Of a stretch of DNA of 64,000 nt, positions 51,859 to 64,000 are shown one piece after another. The position numbers and the translations under genes are program-made. Location: positions 90,148,001 through 90,212,000 of the forward strand of contig CM060731.1 of the NCBI GenBank assembly GCA_030704615.1, given 5' to 3'. This DNA comes from Takakia lepidozioides. Lineage: Eukaryota; Plantae; Bryophyta. The notes under the pieces are model-generated. The model ran no database searches. It saw nothing but the letters and a program-made list of their open reading frames with translations, and was not told where the DNA came from. Position 1 is the stretch's first letter. Each line of letters begins with the position of its first letter.

Positions 51859-52607
51859 TGTCGCGGCCCTTTGCCTTGAGGGCAGGGGGTCGGGACACAT
51901 CAGGGGCTGCCCCTGTGGTGGGGGCAGCGGCAGCGATAGGTATGGGGGGCTGAGGCACCCTTGAGTGCCCAAGGCACTCAGGGAAGCGGAGGCGCTCACT
52001 AGGTGAAGCCCCGCACACCGGGTTGCGGTGGGGGTGGCTCCACAAGCGGTGGGGTTGGCTCCACAAGGGGTGGTGGTAGCTTAGTGGGACTTAGTGGGGG
52101 TGGCATAGGACTCACCATGGGGGCGGAGACCTCGTGGTGGGAGTCGTGGGGAGTCTTGGGACTCATCACGGTCCATAGGGGCCGTGGTGAGCGGGCCAAG
52201 ACTCACCGCGACTCACCACCGGGAGTCGAGGGTTTTCGTGGTGGTTCGCCATAAAATGGCATGGCTGGTTGTGGAACCCCCGCGGACAGCTACAGAAGTA
52301 TATATAGGGAGTAGTAACCCCGAGAACGGTGCAAGCCCGTTGGTGACCAAAAACTAGTGAGTAAGCGAGCGAGCCGGAAAGCGACCAAAGAGTGGGGAGC
52401 TGTTCCGGACTGCCATCTACCAAAGGGAATTCTCCTAGTCCCAAAGAGGTGGAGGGTTTAGAAGGAAGCGAAGGGGGGGACCGTTATGTCCCGGTGAGCA
52501 GCCGAAGCTCCAAGTTGGCCCGGGCGGCCAGGTTGGGAGTCAGGCGCGCGCATCAAAGCGAGTAACTAGGACTTGAAGGGGAGCTTACCGGAGTGAGGTG
52601 CGCGACA
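51859..52607 (+). repeat. 3' LTR (749 bp)
   Basis: Direct repeat of 45589-46338, preceded by G-rich GGTAGGGGTGTG. Confidence 0.97.
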
Positions 52608-53417
52608 CTAGCAGTTTGCCAATTCACTGGACGCAAGAGTATGACCTCTACGTACAACATGGCTGCCAAGGTGTAAGGGATTTGACCATTTAAGAGAGGT
52701 TGATCCCACAATGTGCAATGCACCTCATTCGCCCTATGCTGGAAATGCAAGTTCGTGCAAGACCTGGACTCTGCGTAATTGTTTCGGGTTTGCACGTCAT
52801 GCCTATCAAAAGGCCACAATCGATTGATGTGATATCATTTCACGAATTTTTTGCATCTCGCCATCGGCCACCGGAACTCTTCCGGAACATCCTCCCAGCC
52901 CTCTTCTGGTAGTATGCTAGGGTCACCATATACTTCCCAATTCAAGTCTTGCCTTTACCCTTTGATTTTCTTAGGGGGCGGTCCATGTTCATTGGGGTCA
53001 TCTCTTCCATGACGGTCATTGTCTTGGCCCTCTGCCATTCTGCAACAATCGGAGCAACACTAAACGAGGTTTTCTAAAAAGACGTAACTTTAAACCCTTC
53101 CCCCGTTAAGTAGGTTTGAGTAGGTGTCAAAATAGTTCATAAAAGCTAATTTTGTAGAATAAAATGATCCTGGAAGCCAAAGGAGGGCCTATGCGAGCAT
53201 TCTGCAACGACCTCACAGAAATCGCGGCAAAAAATACCCCCCACCCAACCAATGGCCTCCTTCTCCACGTGACTACGTGTCGTGGAATAATGAAATGCCA
53301 CGCACACAGAAATTGTGTGGAGAGGAAGTGAGGGGAGAATAAGCCTCCCTTGGCTTATATCCCCCCCCCCCCCCCTTTTTCATTCCTCGGGCCACGTGCA
53401 GGGCGAAGCTTCTAGAA

Positions 53418-56400
53418 GCGACCGCCAACTTGACGGCCGCTCCATTTTCTAGAAAATTAAAAAATAAGCGATAGCCAAAACTGGCAGTCGCTCCATTTTC
53501 CGGAAAAAAAAAAAACGACCGCTAGAACAGGCGGTTGCTTCATTTTCCGGAAATAAAATAAATAAGCGACCGCCAACATAGGCGGTCGCTTCATTTTCAA
53601 AACATTTAAAATAGATAAGCGACTGCCAACATTGGCGGTCGCTTCATTTTCAAAACATTTAAAATAAATAAGCGACCGCCAACATACGCGGTCGCTTCAT
53701 TTTCAAAAAAATTAAAATAAATAAGCGACCGCCAACATACGCGGTCGCTTCATTTTCAAAAAAATTAAAAAAATTAAGCGACCGCCAACATAGGCGGTCG
53801 CTTCATGTAAAAAAAGAATTAAAATAAATAAGCGACCGCCAACGTTGGCGGTCGCTTCATTTTCAAAACATTTAAAATAAATAAGCGACCGCCAACATAT
53901 GCGGTCGCTTCATTTTCAAAAAAATTAAAATAAATAAGCGACCGCCAACATACGCGGTCGCTTCATTTTCAAAAAAATTAAAATAAATAAGCGACCGCCA
54001 ACATACGCGGTCGCTTCATTTTCAAAAAATTAAAAAATTAAGCGACCGCCAACATAGGCGGTCGCTTCATGTAAAAAAAGAATTAAAATAAATAAGCAAC
54101 CGGCAACATTGGCGGTCGCTTCATTTTCAAAACATTTAAAATAAATAAACGACCGCAAACATAGGCGGTCGCTTCATTTTCAAAAAAATTAAAATAAATA
54201 AGCGACCGCCAACATAGGCGGTCGCTTCATTTTCCAAAACTTTAAAATAAATAAGCGACCGCCAACATAGGCTGTCGCTTTATTTTCAAAAGAATTAAAT
54301 TAAAAGGGACCGCCAGCAATGGCGGTCGCTTGATTTTCAAAACAATTAAAATAAAAGCGACCGCCAGTAGTGGCGGTTGCTGGATTTACAAAAAACAAAA
54401 CAATTGCGGCGATTGCCCGTAATGGCGCTCGCTCGATTTTCCTCCAAAATATAGAGAAGCGACCGCCTGTAATGGCGGTCACTTCATTTTCAAAAACATT
54501 TAAATAAAAGCGACCGTCAGTAATGGCGGTCGCTTCATTTTTATTTTCAAAACAATTAAAATAAATGCGACCGCCACAAATGGCGGTCGCTCCATTTCCA
54601 ACCAAATTTAAAAAAAAACGACCGCCACTAATGGCGGTCACTGCCATTACAAAAAACAACAATACCGGCGACCGCCCCTAATGGCGGTCGCTCCATTTTC
54701 CTCCAAGAAACAAAAAAGCGACCGCCAGTAACGGCGGTCGCTTCATTTCCGAAATAATTAAAATAAAAGCGACAGCTAGTAATGGCGGTCGCTTCATTTC
54801 CAAAATAATTAAAATAAAAGTGACTGCCAGTAATGGCGGTTGCCCCATTTTCAAAAATAAAAGCGACTGCCAGAAATGGCGGTCGCTGTATTATAAAAAA
54901 TAACCATTACAGCAACCGCTAGAAATGGCGGTCGTCCCATTTCCAAAAATAAAAAAATAAAAGCGACCTCAAGTAATGGCGGTCGCTGCATTTAAAAAAA
55001 TAACCATTACAGCAAACCGCCAGAAATGGCGGTCGCTGCATTTTGTAAAAACAAAAATTGCCAGTAATGGAAGTGAGGGGAGAATGACTAGGGGCTTATA
55101 TCCCCCCCCCCGCCTCATTCCTCGCTCCACGCACAGGGCAGACCTCGTAGAAGCGACCGCCACCATGGCGGTCGTTCCATTTAAAAACAAAAAAAAACGA
55201 CCGCCACAAATGGCGGTCGCTCCATTTCGCCAAAAAAAAAAAAAAAACGACCGCCAGTAATGGCGGTCGCTGCATTTATAAAAACAAAAAAAAACTTCAA
55301 GCGACCAGAAGTGAAGGGAGAATGAGCCGGAGCTTATATGCCCCCCTCCCCCCTTTCCCCGCCTCACTCCTCGCTCCATGTGCAAGGCACACTTCGTAGA
55401 AGCGACCGCCACCTTGGCGGTCGCTCCATTTTCATTTTCAAAACAATTAAAATAAAAGCGACTGCCATTTATGGCGGTGGCTCCATTTCCAACCAAATTT
55501 CAATAAAAGCGACCGCCACTAATGGCGGTCGCTGCAATTACAAAAAACAACAATACCGGTGACCGCCCCTAATGGCAGTCGCTCCATTTTGCTCCAAAAA
55601 AACAAAAAGCGACCGCCAGTAACGGCGGTCGCTTCATTTCCGAAATAATTAAAATAAAAGCGACAGCTAGTAATGGCGGTCGCTTCATTTCCAAAATAAT
55701 TAAAATAAAAGCGACTGCCAGTAATGGCGGTCGCTTCATTTCAAAAATAATTAAAATAAAAGCGACCGCCAGTAATGGCGGTTGCCCCATTTCCAAAAAT
55801 AAAAGCGACTGCCAGGAATGGCGGTCGCTGTATTGTAAAAAATAACCATTAGAGCAACCGCTAGAAATGGCGGTCGTCCCATTTCCAAAAATAAAAAAAT
55901 AAAAGCGACCGCAAGTAATGGCGGTCGCTGCATTTAAAAAAATAACCATTACAGCAACCGCCAGAAATGGCGGTCGCTGCATTTTGTAAAAACAAAAACT
56001 GCTAGTAATGGAAGTGAGGGGAGAATGACTAGGGGCTTATATGCCCCCCCCCCCCCCCCCGCCTTATTCCTCGCTCCACGCACAGGGCAGACCTCGTAGA
56101 AGCGACCGCCACCATGGCGGTCGTTCCATTTAAAAACAAAAAAAAACGACCGCCACAAATGGTGGTCGCTCCATTTCGCCAAAAAAAAAAAAAAAAAACG
56201 ACCGCCAGTAATGTCGGTCGCTGCATTTATAAAAACAAAAAAAAACTTCAAGCGACCAGAAGTGAAGGGAGAATGAGCCGGAGCTTATATGCCCCCCTCC
56301 CCCCTTCCCCCGCCTCACTCCTCGCTCCATGTGCAGGGCACACTTCGTAGAAGCGACCGCCACCTTGGCGGTCGCTCCATTTTCATTTTCAAAACAATTA

Positions 56401-57090
56401 AAATAAAAGCGACTGCCATTTATGGCGGTCGCTCCATTTCCAACCAAATTTCAATAAAAACGACCGCCACTAATGGCGGTCGCTGCAATTACAAAAAACA
56501 ACAATACCGGTGACCGCCCCTAATGGCGGTCGCTCCATTTTGCTCCAAAAAAACAAAAAAGCGACCGCCAGTAACGGCGGTCGCTTCATTTCCAAAATAA
56601 TTAAAATAAAAGCGACCGCCAGTAATGGCAATCGCTTCATTTTCAAATAATTAAAATAAAAGCGACCGCCAGTAATGACGGTCGTTTCATTTCCAAAATA
56701 ATTAAAATAAAAGCGACCGCCAGTAATGGCAGTCGCTTCATTTCCAAAATAATTAAACTAAAAGCGACCGCCAGTAATGGCGGTCGCTTTATTTCCAAAA
56801 TAAATAAAATAAAAGCGACCGCCATGTATATTCTCCCCACCCCTCATTCCTCGCTCCACGCGCAGGACAGACCTCGTAGAAGCGACCGCCACCTTCGCGG
56901 TCGCTCCATTTTTTTAAAAAAAACGACCGCCAGTAATGGCGGTCGCCCCATTTCCAAAAATAAAAAATAAAAGGCGACCGCCAGAAATGGCGGTCGGGGA
57001 GAATGACTGGGAGCTTATATGCCCCCCCCCCATTCCTCGCTCCACGTGGAGGGCAGACCTCGTAGAAGCGACCGACACCTTGGTGGTCGC
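53418..57090. repeat. Array of several dozen palindromes, AGCGACCGCCA-N4-TGGCGGTCGCT, in A/T-rich spacers (period about 50 bp)
   Basis: For example AGCGACCGCCAGTAATGGCGGTCGCT at 56764-56789; ~0.9-kb higher-order duplications across about 54700-56600. Confidence 0.95.
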
Positions 57091-57399
57091 TCCATTTAAA
57101 TAAAAATGAATGCACAGTTGGAAGCATGGCACAATTGTTCTCCATTCGACAAGCAAATCACCGAACACAAACATGAGCAAGTGACGGTGTCTTTGGCCGA
57201 CATTTTGGCTGGTATACACATGGGCAACATCTTTTATTTTCCAACACATACACAATACCAATACAAATACTCATAGTGACAATGATCACATTGATATTAC
57301 TTCAGTACAGAAATATAAACATGCCCATGCTAATTACTTTAATTAACAAGGACAAATGAGGGTATTTATATTTGGGGTATTATTCATTTAGCTAGACCC

Positions 57400-60300
57400 A
57401 ATGTTCATCCGTTCAATGGGTACATTGGCCGTTCACCCATGACAAGATTTTTTTTCGCAATGAACAAAATTGGATGACACATGAACGCCTCATTGACCTA
57501 TTGAATGAATTTCGATTGATCTCACATTATTCTGGGACCTGTCAGATGGTACATTGGACATACTGGCCAAGTCTCGAAGCGAACGAAAATAATTTGGATG
57601 GGCAACCATTTGTTGGCCCATTTGACGAATTTCGTTTCATCTCATATTACTCTGGGACCTCTTAGATGGTACATTCAGCACACTGGCAAAGTTTGAAAGC
57701 GAATCAAAATTGTTCAGATGGGCAACCATCCGTTCGGCCATCGAATGAATTTCGATTGATCTCATATTAGTCCGGGACCTGTGAGAGGGTGTACCGAACT
57801 TACTGGCAAAGTTTAAAAGCAAACAAAAATGATTTGGATGGGCAACCATCCGTTCAACTGTTGGATGAATTTTGTTTGATGTGCTATTACTCTGGGGACT
57901 TGTTGGACGGCGTTTCGGGTGCACATGATTTTCATTCTGTTTTTTTAGCCATATGTCTAATGACGGCATATGCAACGTGCGTACCAAATTTCATAGCGAA
58001 CAAATGTCATTAGGACCCAAAACCACAGTTTCTTCCCTAATTTGCACTCCAAACTTGATTTGTTTTCTACTTCATGCACTCTTCATAGAGAGTTCAGCAA
58101 TAGTGAGCGAAGAGAATACTTTTAGAAATTTTTATTTTTGTTTGGTCCAAATTTTTGTAGGGATGTAACGGTGGGAGGGTTGAAGCCAGAGAACAAAATT
58201 GAGCCAAAAATAAAAAGGTTACTTAGCATAAAACCCCAATCAAAGACAATGTAAACCTATTTATTTGCTTGAAATTCATTTAAACGCAATTTAATTGCAA
58301 ATTGGTGGAAGGGCGAGGGCGTGGTTGGGGAGATAAATGTTTGTTGCTTCTCTTGTTTCTCCACACATGTGTTACACACATATTCAAGCACATGCGGGCA
58401 AAAGATGGGCCTCAACCTCATCCGTTCAATGGGTGCATTGGCCGTTCACCCATGACATGATTTATTTTTCGCAATGAACAAAATTGGATGACGTGTGAAC
58501 GCCTCATTGGCCTATTGAACGAATTTCGATTGATCTCATATTACTCTGGGACCCGTCAGATGGTACATTGAACATACTGGCCAAGTCTCGAAGCGAACGA
58601 AAATAATTTGGATAGACAATCATCCGTTGGCACATTGGACGAATTTCGTTTCATCTCATATTACTCTGGGACCTCTTAGATGGTACGTTGAGCACACTGG
58701 CAAAGTCTGAAAGCGAACCAAAATCATTCGGATGGGCAACCATCCGTTCAGCCATCGAATGAATTTCGATTGATCTCATAGTAGTCCGGGACCTGTGAGA
58801 GGGTGTACCAAACGTACTGGCAAAGTTTGAAAGCAAACAAAAATGATTTGGATGGGCAACCATCCGTTCAACCGTTGGATGAATTCCAATTGACGTGCTA
58901 TTACTCTCGGACCTGTTGGACGGCGTTTCGGGTGCACATGATTTTTTTTCCATTCCGTTTTTCAGCCATATGTCTAATGACGGCATATGCAATGTGCGTG
59001 CCAAATTTCATATCGAACAAAAGTTATTAGGACTCAAAACCACAATTTCTTCCCTAATTTGCACTCCAAACTTGATTTGTCTTCTACTTCATGCATATAG
59101 AGAGTTTCAGCAATAGTGAGCAAAAAGAACACTTTTTAAAAAAATCATTTTTGTTTGGTCCAAATTTTTGTAGGAATGTAGCGGTGGGAGGGTTGAAGCC
59201 AGAGAAGAAGATTGAGCCAAAAATAAAATCGTTACGTAGCAGAAAACCCCAATCAAAGACAGTGTAAACCTATTTATTTGCTTAAAATTTATTTTAACTC
59301 AATTGAATTGCAAATTGGTGGAAGGGCGAGGGCGTGGTTGGGGAGGAAAATGTTTGTTGCTTCTCTTGTTTCTCCGCACATGTGTTGCACACATATTCAA
59401 GCACATGCGGGCAAAAGATGGGCCTCAACCTCATCCGTTCAATGGGTGCATTACCCGTTCACCCATGACAGGATTTTTTTATCGCAATGAACAAAATTGG
59501 ATGATACGTGAACGCCTCATTGGCCCATTGAACAAATTTCGATTGATCTCATATTACTCTGGGACCTGTCAGATGGTACATTGGACATACTGGCCAAGTC
59601 TCGAAACGAACAAAAATCATTTGGATGGGCAACCCTCCGTTGGCCCATTGGACGAATTTCGTTTCATCTCATATTACTCTGGGACCTCTTAGATGGTACA
59701 TTGAACACACTGGCAAAGTCTGAAAGCGAACCAAAATCATTTGGATGGGCAACCGTCTCTTCAGCCATCGAATGAATTTCGTTTCATCTCATATTAGTCC
59801 GGGACCTGATACATGGTATGTTGAACATAGTGACAAAGTTTGAAAGCAAACAAAAATCATTTGGATGGTCAATCATTCGACCGCCATTCTTTTTCGCAAT
59901 GAGCAAAACTTCATGATAGATGAACGCGTCGTTAGCCCATTGAACGAATTTCGTTTCATCGTATATTACTAAGGGATCTGTGAGACGGTATACTGAAGAC
60001 ACCGCGGAAGTTTCGAAGCGAACCAAAATCATTTGGATGGGCATCCATCCGTTGGCCAATCAAACAAATTTCGTTTCATCTCATATTACACTGGGACCCG
60101 TCTTATGGTATGTTGAACATACTGACAAAATTTGAAAGCAAACCAAACTCATCTAGATGGGCAACCGTCCGTTGGGCCATTGAACGAATTTCGATTGATG
60201 TCATACTCGAACGGGACCTGTGAGATGGCGTACCAAACATACTGGCAAAGTTTGAAAGGAAACAAAAATCATTCAGATGGCCAACCATCCGTTGTCCAAT

Positions 60301-61833
60301 CGAATGAATTTCGTTTCATCTCGTATGACTCCAGGACCTGTTGGGTTGCGTTTCGTCTGCTCATGATTTGCTTTTGGCTCTATTCTTGAACCATTGGCTT
60401 GACGCCAACATATGCAATGTGTATGCAAACTTTGGGAGCAATAAAAAATCATTTGGATACTAAACCACGATTTCGCGCCTCATTTGCACTCCAAAGTGGA
60501 TTTGTCTTCAACTTTATGTACTCAAACAAAAATGAAAAAAAATAAAAAATCTCCATGACAGGTGAACGCGCCGTTGGCCCATTGAATGAATTTCGTTTCA
60601 TCTCATATTACTCAGGGATATGTGAGACGATATACTGAAGACGCTGAGGAAGTTTCAAAGTGAACGAAAATCATTTGGATGGGAATCCATCCGTTGGCCC
60701 ATCGAACAAATTTTGTTTCATCTCATATTACACTGGACCCATGTTATGGTATGTTGAACATACTGGCAAAGTTTAAAAGAAAACTCAACTTTTCTGGATG
60801 GGCAACCGTCTGTTGGGCCATTGAACGAATTTCGATTGATGTCGTACTCGTTCGGGACGTGCAAGATAGGGTATCAAACATACTGGCAAAGTTTGAAAGC
60901 AAACAAAAATCATTTGCATGGGCAACCATCCGTTGCCCCATCGAATGGATTTTCTTTCATCTCGTATGACTGCGGGACTAGTTTGACTGCGTTTCGCCTA
61001 CTCATGATTTTTGTTTTGCTCCATTTTTGAACCACTTGACGTAGGGACACCATGTGTAATGTGCGTGCAAAATTTGGGAGCGATCAAAAGTCATTTGGAC
61101 CCAAAACCACGATTTTCGCAACCCATTTGCACTCCAAAGTGGATTTGTCTTCAACTTCTTTCACTCTTCATAGAGAGTTGTAGAATAGTGAGCGTTCGAA
61201 GTGATTTTTTTTTTTTTTGGTCCAATTTTTTGCAAGGATGCACAGGTGTGAGGGTTGAATACCCAGAACAAAATTGACCCAGAAACAATATCATTGCGTG
61301 GCAGAAACCCGCAATCACAGACATTCTAAGTCTAATTATTGAATTAAAATTCAAGAAAATCGAGTTAATTCAAAATTGTTTGAAGGGGGACTGCGTCGTT
61401 AGGAGGGGCAAATGGTTTGTTTTTCTCTTGAATATCTGCGCATGTGTTGCACACATATTCAAGCACATGCGGGCTAAAGTTGAGCGTGAACCACATCCGT
61501 TCATCGATGCCATAGGCGTTCACGCATGAGAGGATTTTTTTTTCGCAGTGAGCAAAATTGGATGACATGTGAACGCGCCGTTGGCCCATTGAACAAAATT
61601 CGTTTCATGGACGTATGAGACGGTATTCTGAAGACGCTACGGAAGTTTCAAAGCGAACCAAAATCATTTGGATGGGCATCCATCCGTTGGCCCATCGAAC
61701 AAATTTCGTTTCATCTCATATTACACTGGGACTCGTCTTATGGTATGTGGAATATACTGGCTTGAAGTTTAAAAGCAAACAAAACTCATCTGGATGGACA
61801 ACCGTCCGTTGGGCCATTGAATGAATTTCGATT
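57400..61833. repeat. Complex tandem repeat (about 1-kb units built from ~120-bp subunits) with GGATGG-GCAA-CCATCC palindromes
   Basis: Units recur near 57400, 58420 and 59435, then degenerate; recurrent GAATTTCGWTTSATCTCATATTA. Confidence 0.9.
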
Positions 61834-63340
61834 TGTCGCGGGCCTTTGCCTTAAGGGCGGGGGGTCGAAACACAAGAGGGGCTGCCCCTGTGGTGGGGGT
61901 AGTGGCAACGTTAGGGGCTCATCACGGTCCATTGGGGCCGCGGTACCAGGTGGGCCAAGACTCACCGTGACTCATCACAGGGAATCGATGGTCTTGGTGG
62001 TGGTTCACCATAAAAGGACTTGGTTATTTGCGAAACCCCCGTCGACACCTATAGAAGTATATATAGGGAGTAGTAACCCCGAGAGCAGTGCAAGCCTGTT
62101 GAGTGACCAAAAGCTAGTGAGTAAGTAAGCATGCCGGAAAACGACCAGGGTGTGAAAGCCGATGATCCTAGTGAGCCCGATGGGTCTGACGCGATGCCGA
62201 AGCGGCAAACGAAAGAGACTATTTATGCTTCTGAAAGTGAGGCCGCTCAAGAGCAAGAGACATTTGGGGAGTCGGAGCCTGAGGACTCTCCGAGAGACTT
62301 GCCAGTCCAACAGATGCCGCTAATGCCACCATCTTTCCCGGAAGGCTTTTTGGCGCAGTTTGGCGGGACGTTGAAAGACGTGATGAGGGCGGCTAATGCC
62401 ACTTCAACTAAGACGAAGTTTAAGGTGAAGCCTAAGAAACCTGACACCTTCGAGGGCGTCCGAAATCGGAAGGCACTCAACACCTGGCTCTTGGAGCTGG
62501 AGCAGTACTTCCAGGCGGCCAAGCTGAGTGACGAGGATCAGGTGGAAGTGGCTCCCACCTATTTGAGGGGCTATGCTCAACAATGGTGGCAGAAGCGTCT
62601 TAATAACCAAGGGCCAAACTCTGAGCCCTTGAGTTGGGGTGAGTTCAAGGAACTCATGAAAAAATAGTTTGTACCTCTCAACGCGTCCTGGCTTGCCCGG
62701 GGTAAAATGAGGAACTTGAAGCAAACAGATGATATTCGAGGATATGTTCAGGCTTTCAATGTATTGTTGCTTGAAGTCGCTGACATGGCGGAACCAAAAA
62801 TGGTTTTCAACTTTGTGGCGGGACTGGCCCATGGGCTAGGCGAAAGTTGGAGGAGAGACCACCAAAGTCGGATGTCCTTAGGGGTGAAAGACAGACGGAG
62901 CTGAACCACAAGAAGGTCTGACGGGAATGTGATTGATTCCGATCGGAAAAGAAGTGGGATAAGCCACACGGCGGCAATGGCAATTGGAGATCGAAGGGAA
63001 GGCCTTTGCATGCCAGGGCGACACTCGGTGCTCTGAAAGGAAAAATAGGTGCAACAGCACATTGCGGACAAAAGACGACCTTTGATGGGGTGTGCTTTAA
63101 TTGCGGGGAGACTAGGCACATGGCCAAAAAATGCCCGAAACCCCGACAGTTGAACATGACAACGGCGACCACGAAGCTTTCCGAAGACTCCATCAACCGT
63201 TTGGTGGAGGCAGTAGTCGCCAAGACTTTGCAAGATAGGTGACTACACGTGTGAGCTGTTCCAGGAGGCTGGTGCATCATGTAACGGAAGCTGCTTCATG
63301 TTCATAAGTAACAAAATTTTCGAAACTAACGTGTCGTTGT
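61834..63340 (+). mobile_element. Degenerate, internally deleted copy of the same chromovirus family (partial LTR and gag)
   Basis: Begins TGTCGCGGGCCTTTGCC; gag [30 protein letters not shown]; CFNCGETRHMAKKC; stops and deletions; no PBS. Confidence 0.92.
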
Positions 63341-63344
63341 CGTA

Positions 63345-64000
63345 TAGGCGGTCATTTCATTTAAAAATAAAATAAAAAAGAGCGACCGCCATTGGGTGGT
63401 CGCATCATCTTTAAAAATACCAGAAAGAGTGACCACCATATGGTGGTCGCTTTATTTAAAACAAATACCTAAAAGAGCGACCGCCGTATCGACGGTCGCT
63501 TTATTTTTTTTTAAAACAAAAAATAACGACCGCCATAGGACGGTCGCTTCACTTTTTAGAGAAACTTAACAGAGCGACCGCCGTAGTGGCGGTCGCTTCA
63601 TTTTTAAAAAAATGAAAAAGAGAGACAGCCATAGTGCGGTCGTTTCATTTAAATTTAAAAAAAAGAAAGAAATTGAAAACAAAACCGTAAACGAGCTACC
63701 GCCGAATTGGCGGTCGCTCCAGTTTCTTAAAAAGCGAAGAAGAGCGACCCCCGTATGGCGGTCGCTTCAGTTTTTTTTTTTTTTTAATTTTTTTAATAAA
63801 TATAAATATATTAAAATTAAAATTTATTCTTAAAAAAAAACTTTAAGGAGCGACCGCCGTAATGGTGGTCGCTTTAGTTTCTTAAGAATCGAAAAAGAGC
63901 GACTGCCATAGGGCGGTCGCTTCATTTTCTTCTTTAAGAAAACTTTATTTAAAAAACAATATTAAATAATTATTTAAAAAGAAAACTTATAGGAGCGACC
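63345..64000. repeat. Second AGCGACCGCC/GGCGGTCGCT palindrome array, running off the window
   Basis: For example GAGCGACCGCCGTAGTGGCGGTCGCT at about 63572. Confidence 0.92.

Larger units (their letters stand above)
45589..52607 (+). mobile_element. Full-length chromovirus Ty3/Gypsy LTR retrotransposon (Galadriel-like)
   Basis: LTRs TGTCGCG...CGCGACA, 5-bp TSD CTAGC (45584-45588 and 52608-52612), PBS, gag-pol with chromodomain. Confidence 0.97.
43803..53038 (-). pseudogene. Coiled-coil plus RING-H2 gene split by the Gypsy insertion
   Basis: Removing 45589-52612 rejoins RPVNWQTAS|RRNSRLLYDLEY. RING: CSMCRNPYGPEGC..GSCGHMFHLTCL...CPECR (about 44540-44670, frameshifted). ATG at 53038; several stops and frameshifts. 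Confidence 0.75.

Noticed and set aside
53418-57090. Membrane-protein-like ORFs (KRPPLLAVAFILII)
   Set aside because: Translations of the palindrome plus poly-A/T spacers.

Overview
Repeat-dense eukaryotic DNA, most likely from an early-diverging land plant (inferred from PLS-type PPR/PDF-motif remnants, a trihelix factor, GT-AG introns and bryophyte-type transposons; the species cannot be determined). There is a 500-N gap at 10683-11182. Most of the window is a nest of large Mutator-like (MULE) DNA elements: three diverged DDE transposase genes (GCM/WRKY-like Zn domain, DDE, SWIM), related G-rich ends without matching TIRs, and several different arrays of CG-rich palindromes with 4-nt centres. 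The standout is a spliced gene (2632-6341, minus, at least 8 exons) that fuses a ParB/Srx-like domain (DGNHRLLA) to a prokaryote-type beta-class N4C/N6A DNA methyltransferase domain. It lies directly beside a 1.6-kb array of 13 long hairpin palindromes. Also present: a very young chromodomain Ty3/Gypsy element (45589-52607, CTAGC TSD) splitting a RING-H2 gene, a degenerate LINE with a 2A-like peptide and a chromodomain, older Gypsy remnants, a trihelix gene and an intronless RING-H2 gene. All family assignments are by eye, without database searches.
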